Source: a virus. From it: 64,000 bases of DNA. Below, piece after piece: positions 61,436-64,000 of the stretch (within the stretch, counting starts at the first letter, position 1; each line of letters starts with the position of its first letter). The position numbers were made by a program, and so were the translations under genes. Location: the IMG/VR virus record IMGVR_UViG_3300032093_000013; one strand, given 5' to 3'. Below the pieces are notes generated by a model that saw nothing but the letters and a program-made list of their open reading frames with translations, had not been told where the DNA came from and did no database searches.

Positions 61436-61783
61436 TCAAGGGGTTTGGTCGGTCGATCCTTCAATTATATTCATAGGGTTATCCATAGGTCTTATCTGTG
61501 CTGGCACAACTCCTTGTTGAAGGGCTGAAATATAAAGTTGTTGATTTTGTTGGTTTGCCCTTACAACTTCATTTCTAAAACTTTCTACTGCTCCTCCAGT
61601 TTGATTTGATTTTTGTGCGATTTCTACTGCCATAAAAGGCATCCAAGCAACAGCACAACCCCACTCATCCACTGGTTCTCCGGTGTTAGGATTTGTCCCT
61701 CTCATTTGAGTATACCAAGAACACTTAAGTCCGATACAATCTTTTTTAATCAGTGGGCAAAAGTTGCCTGGTTTGATTTTCAT
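61436..61783 (-). CDS. Cys-containing hypothetical protein of the tail fibre module
   Basis: CPLIKKDCIGLKCSW...WGCAVAW...GAVESFRNE. Confidence 0.7.
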   Translation of the reverse strand: MKIKPGNFCPLIKKDCIGLKCSWYTQMRGTNPNTGEPVDEWGCAVAWMPFMAVEIAQKSNQTGGAVESFRNEVVRANQQNQQLYISALQQGVVPAQIRPMDNPMNIIEGSTDQTP

Positions 61784-61790
61784 TTTATTA

Positions 61791-62264
61791 TCAATAAGTA
61801 GGTTTTATTGGCCAATTTGAGTCGGTTGGATTTACAACAAGTTGTTTGGGGTCCGTAATACTTTCTGGTAAATCTCTCAATAATTGACGGTAATTTTTCC
61901 AAGAAATTTTTTGTTCTTCAGTAAATGAAACATCAGACATTTGAGTCCAATCGCAATCAGACAATCTTTGATTTCTCAAAACTCTCAACTCTTCCCAATA
62001 GTCTCTTGCTGCTTCAATTGCATCAAGTTCATCTTGAAGAATTTTCTTTTCATTATTAAAATCTGCAACTGCCTGTTCAAAAATTCCAAGATTTTCTATT
62101 CTTTCATTTGGTGTTTCATCATTATACTCTACTTCACCCCAAGTATCATACCATTGAAGAGCATGAACATTTGATGGAATCCAGTTTAAATCTTGTTGAA
62201 TATCGAGTAGTCCATTATTATCAATCGCAATATATTTGTCTCCAGGAATAATCGTGAGTCTCAT
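61791..62264 (-). CDS. tail fibre assembly chaperone-like protein
   Basis: LRNQRLSDCDWTQ..WKNYRQLLRDLP...WPIKP. Confidence 0.75.
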   Translation of the reverse strand: MRLTIIPGDKYIAIDNNGLLDIQQDLNWIPSNVHALQWYDTWGEVEYNDETPNERIENLGIFEQAVADFNNEKKILQDELDAIEAARDYWEELRVLRNQRLSDCDWTQMSDVSFTEEQKISWKNYRQLLRDLPESITDPKQLVVNPTDSNWPIKPTY

Positions 62265-62348
62265 TATTCTCCTTCAGGTAATTTTTTAATGTAATATTGA
62301 TTCACAATGACAAAATATTCAGTAATTAAATTAACTAAGTATATAGTA

Positions 62349-63500
62349 TCAATTTCTAGAAGCAATAATTAAATCTACATATTGAACTGCAAAGTCCATT
62401 GATGCCCCAGAGAATGATGCAGATCCACTCCATGATGGGTTTGTAAATGTGTGACTGTGAGCATTCATTGAAACGGAACCAGACCAGGATGGATTAGTAA
62501 ATCCGTGACCATGAGCGCCACTTCCGCCAGTAGCAGCAGTAGATGGAGTAACAAGAACTTGAGTACCACCCCCAGCAAATCCTTGACTTCCACCACCTCC
62601 ATTATCAATAAGAAAAGTTCCTGTAGTAGTACCATGACTATGTGATGGCATCTCCGCAGTAGACAGAGTAGTATTGCTTACACCTCCACCAGAGTTAGAT
62701 CCAGAAACAGAACCAGTAACAGTTGTGTTTGCAATACTTCCTCCACTATTAGAACCAGAAACACTCACAGACCCTGATGGAGTTCTTGATGCGAACACTG
62801 AAGTAAATGCTGTACTTCCACCAGAACCAGCAGCACCACTCACCACTCTCAATGTTTTATCATTATGTGTTGTTTGTTTTGTCCATCCAGTCGGTGCTGC
62901 TGTTTGTTGAAACAACATTAATGTTCCTGATGGAAATGTTTGTGTAGAATATGTAGTAGAATCAACTGATCCGTCTGCTTTTAAAAATTGACTTGAAGTT
63001 CCTCCAGATTTAACAAAAGAACCTGCGGTAAGTGCATTTGTGCTGGGATTATAAGTTAGATCTGCATCAACTTTAACAAGATTATTTCCAGAAGTAGCAT
63101 CAACAAAAGTTAAGTATCTCGAAGCATTTGTTGAATCTAAATTAATTCCAATAGAAGTTGCAGATCCAACGTTTGCGGCTGATGCATTAATCCAAGCAGT
63201 CTTTGTTCCATCAGAAGATAAAATTTGTCCAGATGATCCAAAAGTATTACTACCATCAAAATATTTTCCAATAATTCGAATATCTTGAAATGTAGAAATA
63301 CCACTTGAAGTTATATTTCCAGTCACATTGCCAAGTATATCGCCGGTAATATCGCCAGTTAAATTACCAATTACATTGCCGGTAATATCGCCAGTTAAAT
63401 TACCAATTACATTGCCAGTTAGATCTCCTGATATACCCGCATATGCATTAATTTTTTCATTGAAAAAAGTTTCTTGCCCGAAATATTGACTGTTGCTCAT
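62349..63500 (-). CDS. short tail fibre with collar domain
   Basis: GDITGNVIGNLT repeats; FPSGTLMLFQQTAAPTGW; HSH/HGH metal-binding tip motifs. Confidence 0.75.
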   Translation of the reverse strand: MSNSQYFGQETFFNEKINAYAGISGDLTGNVIGNLTGDITGNVIGNLTGDITGDILGNVTGNITSSGISTFQDIRIIGKYFDGSNTFGSSGQILSSDGTKTAWINASAANVGSATSIGINLDSTNASRYLTFVDATSGNNLVKVDADLTYNPSTNALTAGSFVKSGGTSSQFLKADGSVDSTTYSTQTFPSGTLMLFQQTAAPTGWTKQTTHNDKTLRVVSGAAGSGGSTAFTSVFASRTPSGSVSVSGSNSGGSIANTTVTGSVSGSNSGGGVSNTTLSTAEMPSHSHGTTTGTFLIDNGGGGSQGFAGGGTQVLVTPSTAATGGSGAHGHGFTNPSWSGSVSMNAHSHTFTNPSWSGSASFSGASMDFAVQYVDLIIASRN

Positions 63501-64000
63501 GATATTGCATCAACGACCGTGTTAATTACGTTGCCAACAATTCCACTTACCGCATTATCAATAAAGTCAATACCAACAAAACTTCCAGAGAAAACTTTTT
63601 TTGTAAAATCAATTCCAAGTAAAGAAGGAATGTTTCCACTAGTTCCTTTTATGTCTACTCGTTGACCATCAATCATGATGCGACCAGCACCACTCTTCAT
63701 TGTGATATTTCTTCCTGCTTTGAAATGAATATCTTCTTCTGCTTCAATCATAATATTGGTCGCATACAAACGAACCATTCCGTTTGCTGATATGGAAACA
63801 TTTCCATTGTTACCAATGATTACAACGTCTTCTCTTCCTTCAGGATTTTTAGAACCGCCAGAAATTTGAATGGTTTGGTCATTGTAAATTGAAAATAACC
63901 CACCACTACTTAAACTAATTGAAGATTGGTTATCTCCACTATCAGTGACACCATAAATTTTATACACATCCGTACCACTCAACCCCATCTGAGGGTTTGC
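63497..64000 (-). CDS. gp5-related baseplate/spike beta-helix protein, 3' part (frame open at window edge)
   Basis: Repetitive beta-strand pattern NGNVSISANG..NIMIEAEEDIHFKAGRNITMKSG. Confidence 0.4.
   Translation of the reverse strand, partial: ANPQMGLSGTDVYKIYGVTDSGDNQSSISLSSGGLFSIYNDQTIQISGGSKNPEGREDVVIIGNNGNVSISANGMVRLYATNIMIEAEEDIHFKAGRNITMKSGAGRIMIDGQRVDIKGTSGNIPSLLGIDFTKKVFSGSFVGIDFIDNAVSGIVGNVINTVVDAIS

Noticed and set aside
49794-63500. Diversity-generating retroelement or invertible tail-fibre switch
   Set aside because: No reverse transcriptase, TR/VR pair or invertase; the repeats are in-frame tandem structural repeats

Overview
This is a 64 kb segment of a T4-like cyanomyovirus (Kyanoviridae-type). 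Nearly all genes are on the minus strand. The left arm (1-16.3 kb) is the baseplate module: a DUF4815/VrlC-like protein, gp8, a 3894-aa gp7, gp6 and gp25. It is followed by speD, an ATP-grasp-like protein, a glycosyltransferase-like protein and an AbrB-like protein. The centre (19.1-49.7 kb) is a hyperplastic early/accessory region of roughly 100 mostly tiny ORFs. It includes cp12, a DNA methyltransferase, a PD-(D/E)xK nuclease, a ligase-like protein, an HExxH peptidase, a GIY-YIG endonuclease and an SF2 helicase. The right arm (49.8-64 kb) holds tail fibres, a gp38-like adhesin, two more homing endonucleases, three tRNA genes and a Phd/YefM-like micro-ORF. The most striking features are non-coding. 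(1) Eighteen copies of a 22-bp palindrome (GTGCCA-N10-TGKCMY) sit 30-31 nt upstream of a sigma70 -10 box, often with a terminator hairpin in between and often on the upstream gene's stop codon. (2) An 8-nt linker, ATGACTRA, which is a start codon plus stops in both other frames, begins most genes at 36-45 kb, and duplicated or paralogous micro-genes are bounded by it. Together these suggest a two-level gene-cassette shuffling architecture. (3) An origin-like locus at 23.45-24.3 kb has palindromic iterons, divergent promoters, a G-quadruplex motif, an AT-rich tract and two 11-8-11 inverted repeats. (4) One tRNA has a UAU anticodon and a non-canonical structure. All product calls come from motif recognition by eye; no database searches were run.
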